Positions 49,461 through 59,886 of a stretch of DNA of 64,000 nucleotides are shown one piece after another. The notes beneath the pieces were generated by a model. The model saw nothing but the letters and a program-made list of their open reading frames with translations. It did not search any database and had not been told where the DNA came from. How positions within the stretch are numbered: position 1 is the stretch's first letter; the number at the start of each line of letters is the position of its first letter. Made by a program: the position numbers and the translations under genes. This DNA comes from a virus. The stretch spans positions 21,286 through 85,285 of the IMG/VR virus record IMGVR_UViG_3300030117_007605; one strand, given 5' to 3'.

Positions 49461-51185
49461 ATGAGTATTTCTTTAGAATTGTTGAATAAACAAAACTCAA
49501 AAATAACATCATCTTCATCTCCGATTAGATTATTTCCAGAATCAGAGGAAGAGGGAGATATAATCGTCAATGATATATCGATCGTTGACAATAAATTAAA
49601 ATTTGATTTAGATTTAAGCAACTTGGCAGAAATTGATTTTACTTCAGTTAAAATAATGCAACTCACCCCAGATTTGGCTTTAGAACTAGGAGCTACTGGG
49701 TTTCCTAGCAAACTGTCATTAAAATCTCAAAAAATAATCTTTTCTAATGACAAGCATACAGTCGCCTATAAACCAAGCGATGTTATAGAGGGCATTAATG
49801 TCACAATCCCTAATTTGGATGCTAACCTTTATAGCGTATTAATTATTTTAGAAGACTTCCCTCTTGTAACATCAGAGATTTTTCTGTTGCAGGTACCGAA
49901 GGAAGAATTATTGCTTCAACCAAAACAACAAACTCTTTCATATGAAACAATATTTTCAAAATCAGATCTGCAAAGAACTTCACTTAAAATAAAAGAAGGT
50001 AATACCTACACATCAAATCTATTATATTCTTACAAAGAGAATGGAGACTTTACGGGATTATATTGTTTAGACCTGGAAAAATTTATTGTTGATTTTACAA
50101 AATTCCCTAATTTATTATTTGGCAAGCAAAAAGCTCTTATAAATGATTTTATTTATAAAACGGAAGCTTATATTTACAAGTATGATAAACAGAACGCAGG
50201 ATATAATTTTTCTGATTTTGTGCTGAGTGCTAATGCAACCCCTGTTGATGATTTAGCGGTCTTAAACGGCGCACCTTATAGATTTTATGAGTTTACAGCG
50301 CCTCTTAAAGATCAGGTGTCTCAACTACAAGTATCACTTAAAATATACTTTAACGATATAACAATAAATGCTGCCAAGCAAGCTTTAAAACTTTTAATCC
50401 AAGCTAGAAACAGCAATGACCGGAGCCTAGCGAATGATGTCATATTTGACATTTATGAAGAAGATTTCTCAGGAAAATTTAATTTTGAATTAAAAAATAT
50501 ATTTAAGATTTCTAATCTTGATTATGATGAATTGCTAGGAACAATAATTCAGGATTTTTCGAAAGAAATAAACAATGCATCTCAGAAAGTTGTTGTCAAT
50601 ACAAATGCTGCTTCCCAATACACCTTCCCTTATCCCTCCTTTTCGGATCATTACTTAGGGATGTTTGAACAGAAATTCGATCAAAAAATATTTTTAGGTG
50701 AATTAGCGACAGTCGAATCCATGATGGGTCAAATCAACGCCGATGGCAACTCTTTAGCCTCTGTTCTTATTGATAATATACTTGATACAAAAGTTGTTGC
50801 GACATCAAAAAAGCAAGAATTTCAAATTAAACAAAACTTATCAAAAATAAATAAGTTTGTAGAAAATAGTGAAAAAGATACTTTGATTACGAATGTGGGA
50901 TTGCAGGAAAAGATTAATATTAGTGATAGCGAAGAAAAGTCTTTAAATAACTTGGCAGATTTACCTCAAGCAAAATTTGTTGAGTTCTCATCCTCTAATG
51001 ACCGAGAAATTAAATTATATTATTTGGCAGCGGTTGGGAATAGATCCCCAGTTCTATTGTTTGATGAGGTGGGAGAAAATTTGAACGATATTCTAAATGA
51101 AAACAATAAAATTTTAGTTAGAGTTGATAATTATGAAGAGTTCTATAATTCTTATTTTTATGTAACAGTAGGCACAGGACAATAA
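49461..51185 (+). CDS. Hypothetical protein
   Basis: 574-aa ORF with AGGAG SD. Confidence 0.75.
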   Translation: MSISLELLNKQNSKITSSSSPIRLFPESEEEGDIIVNDISIVDNKLKFDLDLSNLAEIDFTSVKIMQLTPDLALELGATGFPSKLSLKSQKIIFSNDKHTVAYKPSDVIEGINVTIPNLDANLYSVLIILEDFPLVTSEIFLLQVPKEELLLQPKQQTLSYETIFSKSDLQRTSLKIKEGNTYTSNLLYSYKENGDFTGLYCLDLEKFIVDFTKFPNLLFGKQKALINDFIYKTEAYIYKYDKQNAGYNFSDFVLSANATPVDDLAVLNGAPYRFYEFTAPLKDQVSQLQVSLKIYFNDITINAAKQALKLLIQARNSNDRSLANDVIFDIYEEDFSGKFNFELKNIFKISNLDYDELLGTIIQDFSKEINNASQKVVVNTNAASQYTFPYPSFSDHYLGMFEQKFDQKIFLGELATVESMMGQINADGNSLASVLIDNILDTKVVATSKKQEFQIKQNLSKINKFVENSEKDTLITNVGLQEKINISDSEEKSLNNLADLPQAKFVEFSSSNDREIKLYYLAAVGNRSPVLLFDEVGENLNDILNENNKILVRVDNYEEFYNSYFYVTVGTGQ

Positions 51186-54100
51186 ATGAGTTTTACAAAT
51201 CCCCCAGGTGGACCTTTCGGTACAGATCCTTTAGTAGACAAGGTAGACAGTCTTGTCAATAGTGGTAAGACCGATACTAATACAACTGGTAAAAAAGCTA
51301 GTAGTTCAAAACCTTTAACAAAAAAAGAGTTAGAAGAAAGTCTCAAAACCGCAGAGAACAATCTTGCATCAGCCGAGAGCCAAAAATCATTTTTGGAACA
51401 AATACAAAAAAGCATTGATGGGATTAAGAAAGACATTGCCAAGGCTAACTTTGATCTTGGTGTAGAAGAAAAGAAAATCCCAAATGGCTATATTGCAGCC
51501 GATGGGACATTAAAACTTGGAGAAGTCCCTCCTGGTCAGACAGGTCAGCTTGCATTAATCGAATCGAGCAGGGGTAAGCTAGTATTGATTTCAAAGCCAA
51601 CCACGAATGCCTCTGACAGTGCCAGAGCAAAAATTAAGTTTTTGAAAACGGAACTTTCGAAACTCAGCGGGTTGCTTAACGGTAATGAGCAAAAATATAA
51701 ACTTAATGGCGGTGATCAAAAGTATCAAAGCATTCTTCAAAGAATCAAAGATGAAAAGCAACTTATTCAGAATTTGAAAACTTTAATCTCAAAATCTGCT
51801 GCGGACATAGACAAAACACAAGAAGTGTTAGGACTTACAGGTCAACTTACAGGTGGCGGCGATGCGGGACTCTCAGCCGCTGCAAATGCTAGTAAAGTTG
51901 GTTCAACTGTAACGGACACTGATGAAAAAACAAATGAAGTCCTCACTGCCATTGAGAACGATAAAGAAGAGATCACTAAAGGACAATTTAATACTGACAA
52001 GATTAAGGAAGAGTTGGCAGCGGCTATAGAAGGAAAATCAGTCAACGACGGCAAAACAATCATTGAGAACGTTGACAATTATGATATTAGCATGCTCAGG
52101 GGCACTTTCAACACCTTTAAAATGCTTCAAGATCCGATTGCATATATGGGAAACCTTGTTTGGAACTATGACATAAACAATCCAACAACACTAGTGTTTA
52201 GATATGCGTTGCCACAAAACATAATAACTTCTATAAATAAAACAACAGAACAGTTTTTAAATGAAACAATTGTCCAATTGGCAGATCGAAATAATGATCA
52301 GTTGACGACTTCTTATGCAAAAGGCATTGCCTCTGAGATAGGGCAGTCTACAAGTGAAGTATATTCAAAATTAAGAGACTACTATTTTATTAGTATCTTC
52401 ACTCGGAAAATAAGAGATTACTTTAAAAAAGAATTAGGACCTGAGAAATTTAATGCCTTAGATAAGAGACTTACAAACAAATTAGGTCTTACAACATTAG
52501 AAGAACAAGCAGATGGCAGCGTGATTGTCAAAGCCCCTACAAAGAATGATATTGCATTCACATATAGCTTTAAATATATTCGATATTTTTGGTTGTGGTG
52601 GAGCCAAGTATTTTATGTCAACGTGCCGCTAAAAGAAAATTCTCTTAATTTCCTCATTGATGAAAATAATGTCTTACCAGTACACGCTGGCTTGTACTTT
52701 CTTGAAAGATATTACAGCCTAGGTAATCCAAATACCAATGCGGTTGAAAGACTGATTAATATTAAAAAAGCCCGCGACGACAATGGTATAATTATTTTTG
52801 GAGCCCAAAATGATGATTTCTACCCTGATGGCTTTTTATTGGGTGGTTATTTAAATTATGTTGAAACTTTTAAGAACACTAACAATTACATAAATAAGAA
52901 AAACAAACCAACTTTAGAGTATACAAATGTTGTTAACATCGCGGGTTCACCATTTTTTAATGGCGATGAAGAGTTACTAACTCCATCTGAGAAGAAGAGT
53001 CTCTCAAATGCAAAAAAAGTAAAAACTTGTAAACAATCCGCAAAAAACTCCATAAAGGAAGAAACATCTTTAAAACTTTTTTACAAAGAAGGGAATGATA
53101 ATGTCCTAGACAAAGAGCCACCAGAGCCGGGTCTTGGTTGTGACCCATTGTCTTCATTAGAATGGGACCAAGCTCAAAATATATTTTTCAAAAAGGAAAC
53201 AATTAAGGCATCAGTTCCAAGGGTCAACTTCTCAATTCCTTATTACAATGTTCTTGGTGTAAAAACAAACAATATGATTCCAGCAGAGCTTGATATCTTT
53301 GCACGCGGACTTGAAACCTCAAATGGACAAGGCTCAGCCGAATTTAAATATAGATCTGCGTTTACTGGACTATCAACTAGATTGATGTTAAATGTCGCAG
53401 ATAAAAGACTTGGTGATGTTTTAGTTGACAATGATTTAATCCCAAGTTTCAAAGGGAGTCCTTCAACAAAATTGGCAGGCTCATTTTTTGATAAAGAACC
53501 AAACTGGGGACCTCAGTACATTATTGATAAAATTCCCTTTTTCAATCCTGAGCAAACACCGTATTTTCAACTTGCTCTTCTACCATATATTGGTGCATAC
53601 AATGTTGGTTACCAAGTTAATAAAACTCGTCGTAATGCAACTAATGATGGAAAAAAGGTTCAGACATTCTATATTAACGCAGTTGATGGGGCATTAACTT
53701 CCTATCTTGAAGGCGCGGACTCTCTGTCTATTTACGATTCGCAAGTAAGGTATGGAACAGGATATGCTTACGATATTAAACAAATCATATCTTTTGTTGA
53801 TATTGAATACAAATATAAAAATGTTGATTTGGTCTTACTCCCAACTAAAAAAGAAGCTGATACCCTATTAAATTTAGGGTTTAACCTGGGTAATAGTTTA
53901 TATAGTGAAAAAACCGAACTACAAAAGGCAAAAGACGATTTAGCCGAGGTTAATAAAGAACTATTGAGCGCAAATTTTGCTGACGCACCAAAATTACAAT
54001 TAAAGAAAGCACAATTAACAGCAAAAATTATAGGATTGGAAGCGAAAGAAGCGGCTGAAAAACTCAAAGAAGACAATACTACTGGGCGTGATGACGCCGA

Positions 54101-55802
54101 GGTAACTACTAAAATTGCTCCTAGGACAGCAATATTGAACTTTGAATATTCTGATATCATTTATCGAAATAATATTAAAGTTGTAAAAACAGGTGAAGTT
54201 GAAAATTCAATTAGTTATATCGATCTACCGCCACCAGCACCATATCTTAGATTGTTTCCGAAGCGCGGTGTCTCTAATAAGCTAATCTTCTCTTTTGGTA
54301 GCTTTTCACAAGCAAAAAGGGTAGAATCAAAAAGTGTGCCTAAGAAATATTGGACTGAGGGTTGGTCGGATGCTAAAAAGTTTTATTTAGAACTTTCAGA
54401 AGCTTCGCCAGAAACTGTAGAACTCTTAGGTTCACCCGGCGTTGGCGAAGTTCCTTTACAGGAAATGTACTTTGCCAAAGGACCAGTAAAGAAAATTAAG
54501 CTCTATGCATCTAAAGGTAAAAAACCTAAAGACCTTTTAGAGATGAAAGAGTTCAAAGAAATAGACATACTTAGAGATGGATTTACTAAAGAATTAACAA
54601 TTGAATCAAACGTGCCTTATTATTTTGCAGCAAAAGCAGTTTCCTTAACGGATTTAGAATCATATTATAGTGAGGTATATGAGGTCCAATTGCTTGACGA
54701 CGGGGGTACAGTATTCCCTCTAATAAATGTTGTTGAATTAGAAAGCGAAACAAACAGAAAAAGTAAAATAACTTTATCAAACAAGTTTAGGATCGAACCT
54801 GCTATTTTACAACAAGCTCCCAACCCAAGCAAAGATGATGTTGGATACTTAACTCCAAGCGTATTCCTTGCACCAGGGGAGACGAAGCCGCGATTCAAAG
54901 TTCGCCTAACTTCTAATAAAACTGGCAGAAAGATAGACTTTAACGTTATATACAAAAAATTCTTTAATAAGAAATCCACTACTGCCGGAAATTTGAATTT
55001 AGACGTAGTGGACGAAAGTAAGATCTTGGTGAGCTACAAAACAAGTTTTGAGCCTCCAGCAGCACCAGAGGATGAAGAGGACATTGATTTTTTCAACGAA
55101 AAACCACCGGCTGACAATCTAGAGCTTGGAGTCAGACCAACATTGACAGCGGAAGTAAATCAAACTGTAACGGCAGGTTTAACTGCTCCAACTCAGAAAA
55201 CGACAAGCCAGACTATCACCCCAAGCCAGAAACCTGCCAATCCATGTTGTAAGTTTTTCACAAAACCACCACTTTTTCCTACCACCAAAACTAAAGGGCA
55301 AAGCACTTGGGCAATCATCGAACCACCAATAAGCGAGGCATCCCCCGCCGTTAATGAATTAAATGCAAAACTCTTAAAGTTGAATGTTGCTTTGGCTAAA
55401 ATAGATGACGATGAAGATACAATTTATAAAGTCTTGGAATCGATGACATTAGAAGAAAAATGTTATATCTGCAAAAGAAATAAAGAATATGCAGGTCCTA
55501 GATCAATGCTCGCGACCATACAAGACCAATTGACAGCATCAGAATTCAGGAAAGTTCTAAAAATATTAGAGTGTGAATTTAATTTCGGGTTTTCAGAACC
55601 ATCTGGGGGCAACCCAAAATCTAGCTCTGGTATCGAGTTGAATGTTGGTTTGGCAGCAAAAAAATGCAATCAAACAATCACAGAAACAACATTAGAACCT
55701 GAAGAGGAATCAGGGGCAGAAACCCAGGCATTACCAACTCCGATCTTAGACGAAAGTGGCACGCCAAAAAATTCCCCATATGGAAAAAAGACCCCAATAT
55801 AA
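51186..55802 (+). CDS. Large hypothetical structural-module protein with coiled coils and a Pro/Thr-rich tail
   Basis: 1538-aa ORF; two coiled-coil stretches; FKVRLTSNKTGRKIDFN; low-complexity C-terminus. Confidence 0.75.
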   Translation: MSFTNPPGGPFGTDPLVDKVDSLVNSGKTDTNTTGKKASSSKPLTKKELEESLKTAENNLASAESQKSFLEQIQKSIDGIKKDIAKANFDLGVEEKKIPNGYIAADGTLKLGEVPPGQTGQLALIESSRGKLVLISKPTTNASDSARAKIKFLKTELSKLSGLLNGNEQKYKLNGGDQKYQSILQRIKDEKQLIQNLKTLISKSAADIDKTQEVLGLTGQLTGGGDAGLSAAANASKVGSTVTDTDEKTNEVLTAIENDKEEITKGQFNTDKIKEELAAAIEGKSVNDGKTIIENVDNYDISMLRGTFNTFKMLQDPIAYMGNLVWNYDINNPTTLVFRYALPQNIITSINKTTEQFLNETIVQLADRNNDQLTTSYAKGIASEIGQSTSEVYSKLRDYYFISIFTRKIRDYFKKELGPEKFNALDKRLTNKLGLTTLEEQADGSVIVKAPTKNDIAFTYSFKYIRYFWLWWSQVFYVNVPLKENSLNFLIDENNVLPVHAGLYFLERYYSLGNPNTNAVERLINIKKARDDNGIIIFGAQNDDFYPDGFLLGGYLNYVETFKNTNNYINKKNKPTLEYTNVVNIAGSPFFNGDEELLTPSEKKSLSNAKKVKTCKQSAKNSIKEETSLKLFYKEGNDNVLDKEPPEPGLGCDPLSSLEWDQAQNIFFKKETIKASVPRVNFSIPYYNVLGVKTNNMIPAELDIFARGLETSNGQGSAEFKYRSAFTGLSTRLMLNVADKRLGDVLVDNDLIPSFKGSPSTKLAGSFFDKEPNWGPQYIIDKIPFFNPEQTPYFQLALLPYIGAYNVGYQVNKTRRNATNDGKKVQTFYINAVDGALTSYLEGADSLSIYDSQVRYGTGYAYDIKQIISFVDIEYKYKNVDLVLLPTKKEADTLLNLGFNLGNSLYSEKTELQKAKDDLAEVNKELLSANFADAPKLQLKKAQLTAKIIGLEAKEAAEKLKEDNTTGRDDAEVTTKIAPRTAILNFEYSDIIYRNNIKVVKTGEVENSISYIDLPPPAPYLRLFPKRGVSNKLIFSFGSFSQAKRVESKSVPKKYWTEGWSDAKKFYLELSEASPETVELLGSPGVGEVPLQEMYFAKGPVKKIKLYASKGKKPKDLLEMKEFKEIDILRDGFTKELTIESNVPYYFAAKAVSLTDLESYYSEVYEVQLLDDGGTVFPLINVVELESETNRKSKITLSNKFRIEPAILQQAPNPSKDDVGYLTPSVFLAPGETKPRFKVRLTSNKTGRKIDFNVIYKKFFNKKSTTAGNLNLDVVDESKILVSYKTSFEPPAAPEDEEDIDFFNEKPPADNLELGVRPTLTAEVNQTVTAGLTAPTQKTTSQTITPSQKPANPCCKFFTKPPLFPTTKTKGQSTWAIIEPPISEASPAVNELNAKLLKLNVALAKIDDDEDTIYKVLESMTLEEKCYICKRNKEYAGPRSMLATIQDQLTASEFRKVLKILECEFNFGFSEPSGGNPKSSSGIELNVGLAAKKCNQTITETTLEPEEESGAETQALPTPILDESGTPKNSPYGKKTPI

Positions 55803-55839
55803 CAACAAAAATGAAAATAGAACATTTTATAAAACAAAC

Positions 55840-55851
55840 AACTATTTATAA
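55840..55851 (+). promoter_or_regulatory. Candidate late promoter
   Basis: AACTATTTATAA in the 67-bp intergenic gap, followed by GAGG SD and ATG 55870. Confidence 0.6.
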
Positions 55852-55869
55852 TGATTAGAGGTAAATCAC

Positions 55870-56838
55870 ATGGCAAGTTTTTTAGATAACAGTGGAGACA
55901 TCATTTTAGACGCAGTTCTAACTGATGTTGGTAGACAAAGATTAGCAAGAGCAGACGGCTCCTTTACAATCACCGCTTTTTCATTTGGCGATGATGAAAT
56001 TAATTATAAGCTTTATGACTCATCAGCTTCTACAGCCCAGAAAGATTTAAATATTTTAAAGACACCAGTGTTCGAAGCATTCACAAATGCCGCCACTGGC
56101 TTACAATACAACCTTTTAACTTTGCAAGGTAAAGACTTATCACTGTTCTTACCAGTCGCGAAATTAAACACAAACACTCCAACTGGTCCGTTCCCTGGCT
56201 TCCCATATGCTTCATCTACTGATAATGGCGGTACCGCCAATCAATTTGTAATGTTGGCTAACCAGTTAGCAGTAGACAAGTATATTGGTGCGAATACAAC
56301 CGGTTCAGGTTTACCTAACGGATTTATCAACGGTGTAACTCCTGTCGAAGCCGCAACAGATAGAATTACTATTGATCAAGGCTTGGATACTACCCAACTA
56401 TCGTTTAAAACACTTATCGATCAAGATCTAAACGAAGATACCTTTTTGGCTGAAATCGATGATCGACTAATGAAGGTGGTTGCCCCAGGTGGAACCCCCG
56501 CTGTTGAGAGCTTCATTGACACAGATAACATCGCCACTTACGTTTTATCAAACCAAGGTGCCACACAATACTTTAGCGGTGGAGCAAGCGGTCAATCTGC
56601 ACAGTTTGGTCAGAGCCCAATCAAGGGACCAAGAGGATCAGTGTTCAAACTATCCTTTTACGCATCTCCAACGGTGGCATCAAGTGATTATTTGTTTGAT
56701 CAGTTTGGTCAAACAAAGAGTGCATACTTCCCCGATTCTACAAACGCAAAAGTTATCGACGCCGTTGTAAGATTAAGAGGAAATAAGACTGGTATAACAA
56801 TCGATGTCCCAGTTAGAATTGTAAGAGCCATAAGCTAA
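55870..56838 (+). CDS. Virion structural protein (baseplate/fibre-attachment-like N-terminus)
   Basis: FLDNSGDIILDAVLTDVGRQRLARADGSFTITAFSFGDDEINY...ILKTPVFEAF. Confidence 0.7.
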   Translation: MASFLDNSGDIILDAVLTDVGRQRLARADGSFTITAFSFGDDEINYKLYDSSASTAQKDLNILKTPVFEAFTNAATGLQYNLLTLQGKDLSLFLPVAKLNTNTPTGPFPGFPYASSTDNGGTANQFVMLANQLAVDKYIGANTTGSGLPNGFINGVTPVEAATDRITIDQGLDTTQLSFKTLIDQDLNEDTFLAEIDDRLMKVVAPGGTPAVESFIDTDNIATYVLSNQGATQYFSGGASGQSAQFGQSPIKGPRGSVFKLSFYASPTVASSDYLFDQFGQTKSAYFPDSTNAKVIDAVVRLRGNKTGITIDVPVRIVRAIS

Positions 56839-56850
56839 TAGGAAAAAAGA

Positions 56851-57990
56851 ATGAGTACAATTAAAAAATTAAAAACTGAAGACGTATCATCAACCAGGAC
56901 TTTACTACACGAATCAATTCCAGTAACGGGTAGTTTAATTTCTGGTACTTATGGCACGAATGCACTAGCACGAGGGTTGAACATCAAAACATACGACCAT
57001 GGAATGTTCCAGTCTGTTTTTGATTACCCATTCTTAAGTTCTTCTGCAAACCACATCTTTGATATAACTACTGGTTTCCGCGAAGGAGAGCACTTTTCAG
57101 GTCTAGCAACATTGGCTTCTGGTAACACTGATAAACGCAACATCTATCACGAAATGGCACAGATGCTATACGGATTTGACTCAACTGCTTCAGTCGAGCC
57201 ATTTAAAGTGTCAGGTTCTTATGACTCCGCAGGAACTGTGGTCCCGACACCAACTTTTATTAACTTTTCAAGATTATTAGCAAAAGATGAGATCCAAAAA
57301 GGAACATTTAGATTGTCTTTAGGCATGTCCGCTTCATACATTGGATGGGACAAACCATTTGGTTACCTACAACACATCGGTGATTACGGCGCGTCAGCTT
57401 CTTTTAACGATACAAATTCACCAGCAGGAGAGTTTGGCATCCTTAGAAGTGGTTCATCTACAGGAGATCCAACGGATGGAAAGACAGGAGCCGCAGTAGG
57501 TATCATCTATTATCAGGCTGGTCTTGTGATGCTTGATTTGTCACAAAGTATTGATTTGGCAGCAGCTAAACAAACAGCAGCCCCTAACCAAACTTCAGAC
57601 GGAATATACTGGGTGAGCAGTTCAGCCACTACTCCACAACAAATGACCTTTACCGGTAGCATGGAGTCTGGCTCAATTGATCAGTTGGCTGATGCACTTA
57701 GACGTAGAATCTACAATATCCAGTTCAACAACACAACTGAGTTGAACTCTACCATTTATTTCTGTCGTGCAGGCGCTAATGAATTCAATTTTAGTTCTAA
57801 CCCAACTTACTTATCAGAAAGCCAAATTAGAGTGAAGGAAAACAACCCACAAAATCCACCTCACTCATATATCACAACTGTTGGTCTCTACGCTAACGAT
57901 GGTGCTCTAGTCGCCACTGCTAAGCTTAGTGAGCCAATTAAGAAGACTACTTCAAATGATTTGACTATTCGTGTAAGATTGGATTACTAA
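56851..57990 (+). CDS. Virion structural protein, paralogue of 58001-59359
   Basis: YFCRAGANEFNFSSNPTY; YITTVGLYANDGALVATAKLSEPIKK...IRVRLDY. Confidence 0.75.
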   Translation: MSTIKKLKTEDVSSTRTLLHESIPVTGSLISGTYGTNALARGLNIKTYDHGMFQSVFDYPFLSSSANHIFDITTGFREGEHFSGLATLASGNTDKRNIYHEMAQMLYGFDSTASVEPFKVSGSYDSAGTVVPTPTFINFSRLLAKDEIQKGTFRLSLGMSASYIGWDKPFGYLQHIGDYGASASFNDTNSPAGEFGILRSGSSTGDPTDGKTGAAVGIIYYQAGLVMLDLSQSIDLAAAKQTAAPNQTSDGIYWVSSSATTPQQMTFTGSMESGSIDQLADALRRRIYNIQFNNTTELNSTIYFCRAGANEFNFSSNPTYLSESQIRVKENNPQNPPHSYITTVGLYANDGALVATAKLSEPIKKTTSNDLTIRVRLDY

Positions 57991-58000
57991 GAGATGAAAC

Positions 58001-59359
58001 ATGCCAAAAAAGAAATTTGGACCAGATGATGTATTTTATAACACGTTAAAAACGTATCCACAATTCACACTTGAAAGATACTTTAATCAGTCTTATATAA
58101 ATAATCGACAAACACAAGGAAATAGAGTCCAGAGTGGTTCTATTTCTTTATATGAGTTAAATGTTGATAGAGAATATGGTGATGAACTTGCAACACCTTT
58201 TATTACAAAAGGCGAGAATGTCAATGATTTTGTTTTTACTAACACGACTGGTTTGACCACGGCTCCTGAATATGTCCAAGCGTCACAGGGGACAAACATT
58301 TCATCCTCATATCCTATGACTTCATCAGTCTCTAGAGAATTACTTGTCGGTAATGGTTCAAGTGCCCCATTCAGTGGGTTCGCTGAAATTGCAGGTGTGG
58401 CTGAAACAGGATCAATAAGAAAAATTATTGCCTTAGAGAATGCTTTAAATGCTAATAAAATTTTTAGTCAAAAGTTTGATTTTAGCGAATATTATGTTTC
58501 AGGAATAATTAGTGGCGACGGCGCAGTGGCAAGCGGTGATATTAAAAATGCTGCTTCACCAGTCCATAAATACATGTCATTATTTGTTGTTCCTCAAGTG
58601 TTCAAGTACCAAAAAATAAATCCAGGGTCAGTTGAATTAAATTTTTATGTAACTGGCACTCTAGCAGCATCAGCGAAAGATTCTAAAAGAAATGGAGAAC
58701 TGGTGGAGACATTTGGTCCAAGAGTTGGTGGTACAATAGGCACCGTCTCATATACTGATGGAGTCCTGGTTTTAACTGGAAACTATAGTTTAGATAACAC
58801 AGTTAGTGATGGTTACTTATGTCCAATCACAGGGACTTCAGCAACAACCCCAGGACCAGGGAAAGTAACGCTTCAAACAGCATGGAAAGATAGACCAAAA
58901 TGGGTCCACTTTGGAGCATATCAGTCTTTCATCAGGTCGTCTGATTCCGTACTTTCTCAGAGTTATGGTCCAGTTTCCTCTTCATATGAGTTCAAATTCG
59001 AAGGAACTAACACGATCCCAACACTTACTATGTTTGCCCATGCTGATAAGAATGAATTTAATTGGAGCAACAATTTAACTTATCTTGATAGAGATGTTGC
59101 AACTGGTTCAATTTATCAACACATTGTTGTTGCACAAACTGGTTCAAGCTTCTATAAAGAAAAAGAATATTTACCAGTCAAAAACACGATATCAAGCTCC
59201 TTTGCCAACTATTCTGCGTCATATGAGGATCAAACTTTCATATCAAAGATTAATATTTTCGATAAAGATGGTAATATAATAGCAGTGGCTAAATTAGCCA
59301 AGCCTGTGACTAAAACAAATAGCACAGATTACACCTTTAAGTTAAAAATAGATATATGA
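58001..59359 (+). CDS. Virion structural protein, paralogue of 56851-57990
   Basis: MFAHADKNEFNWSNNLTY; FISKINIFDKDGNIIAVAKLAKPVTK...FKLKIDI. Confidence 0.75.
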   Translation: MPKKKFGPDDVFYNTLKTYPQFTLERYFNQSYINNRQTQGNRVQSGSISLYELNVDREYGDELATPFITKGENVNDFVFTNTTGLTTAPEYVQASQGTNISSSYPMTSSVSRELLVGNGSSAPFSGFAEIAGVAETGSIRKIIALENALNANKIFSQKFDFSEYYVSGIISGDGAVASGDIKNAASPVHKYMSLFVVPQVFKYQKINPGSVELNFYVTGTLAASAKDSKRNGELVETFGPRVGGTIGTVSYTDGVLVLTGNYSLDNTVSDGYLCPITGTSATTPGPGKVTLQTAWKDRPKWVHFGAYQSFIRSSDSVLSQSYGPVSSSYEFKFEGTNTIPTLTMFAHADKNEFNWSNNLTYLDRDVATGSIYQHIVVAQTGSSFYKEKEYLPVKNTISSSFANYSASYEDQTFISKINIFDKDGNIIAVAKLAKPVTKTNSTDYTFKLKIDI

Positions 59360-59886
59360 TATTAGGATTAGATATTTCAACCAGCATCACAGGATACACA
59401 GTCCTTGATAGTGCTGGAAAGCTCGTAGAGTACGGCTCTATTGACACAAGAAAGTACAAAAACTTTTTTACCAAAGTAGGAGTGGTTGAGGAGAAATTAA
59501 TCGCTCTGAGACAATCCTACGCGGTTCAAGAGATATACATAGAACAGTCTTTGCAGTCGTTTAGATCGGGATTTTCATCTGCACAAACTCTTTCAACGCT
59601 TTCACGCTTTAATGGTGTGGTTAGTTGGATTTGTTTTACTTTATTTAAATTGGAACCAGAGTACCTTGCTGCGGTCTCAGCTAGGCGAATTTGTGGGATA
59701 AAAGTGCCAAGAGGTACTAAAGCCAAACCAGTTGTACTTCAATTTGTACTTGACAACGAGCCACAGTTTGTAGTAGAATATACCAACAAAGGTAATCCAC
59801 GCCCAGACAGTTATGATAAGGCAGATAGTTGGGTGATTGCCAAAGCTGGTTTTGATACATGGCAACAAAAGAACAAAAAATCTTAA
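59356..59886 (+). CDS. RuvC-like Holliday junction resolvase
   Basis: ILGLDISTSITG, IYIEQ, DKADS catalytic acidic residues. Confidence 0.85.
   Translation: MILGLDISTSITGYTVLDSAGKLVEYGSIDTRKYKNFFTKVGVVEEKLIALRQSYAVQEIYIEQSLQSFRSGFSSAQTLSTLSRFNGVVSWICFTLFKLEPEYLAAVSARRICGIKVPRGTKAKPVVLQFVLDNEPQFVVEYTNKGNPRPDSYDKADSWVIAKAGFDTWQQKNKKS
59750..59779 (+). promoter_or_regulatory. Sigma70-type promoter within the resolvase gene, upstream of primase
   Basis: TTGACA (59750-59755), 18-nt spacer, TAGAAT (59774-59779). Confidence 0.55.

Noticed and set aside
55870-56838. Major capsid protein
   Set aside because: No HK97-fold features recognisable; it lies in the baseplate/tail module and shares its N-terminus with 48573.
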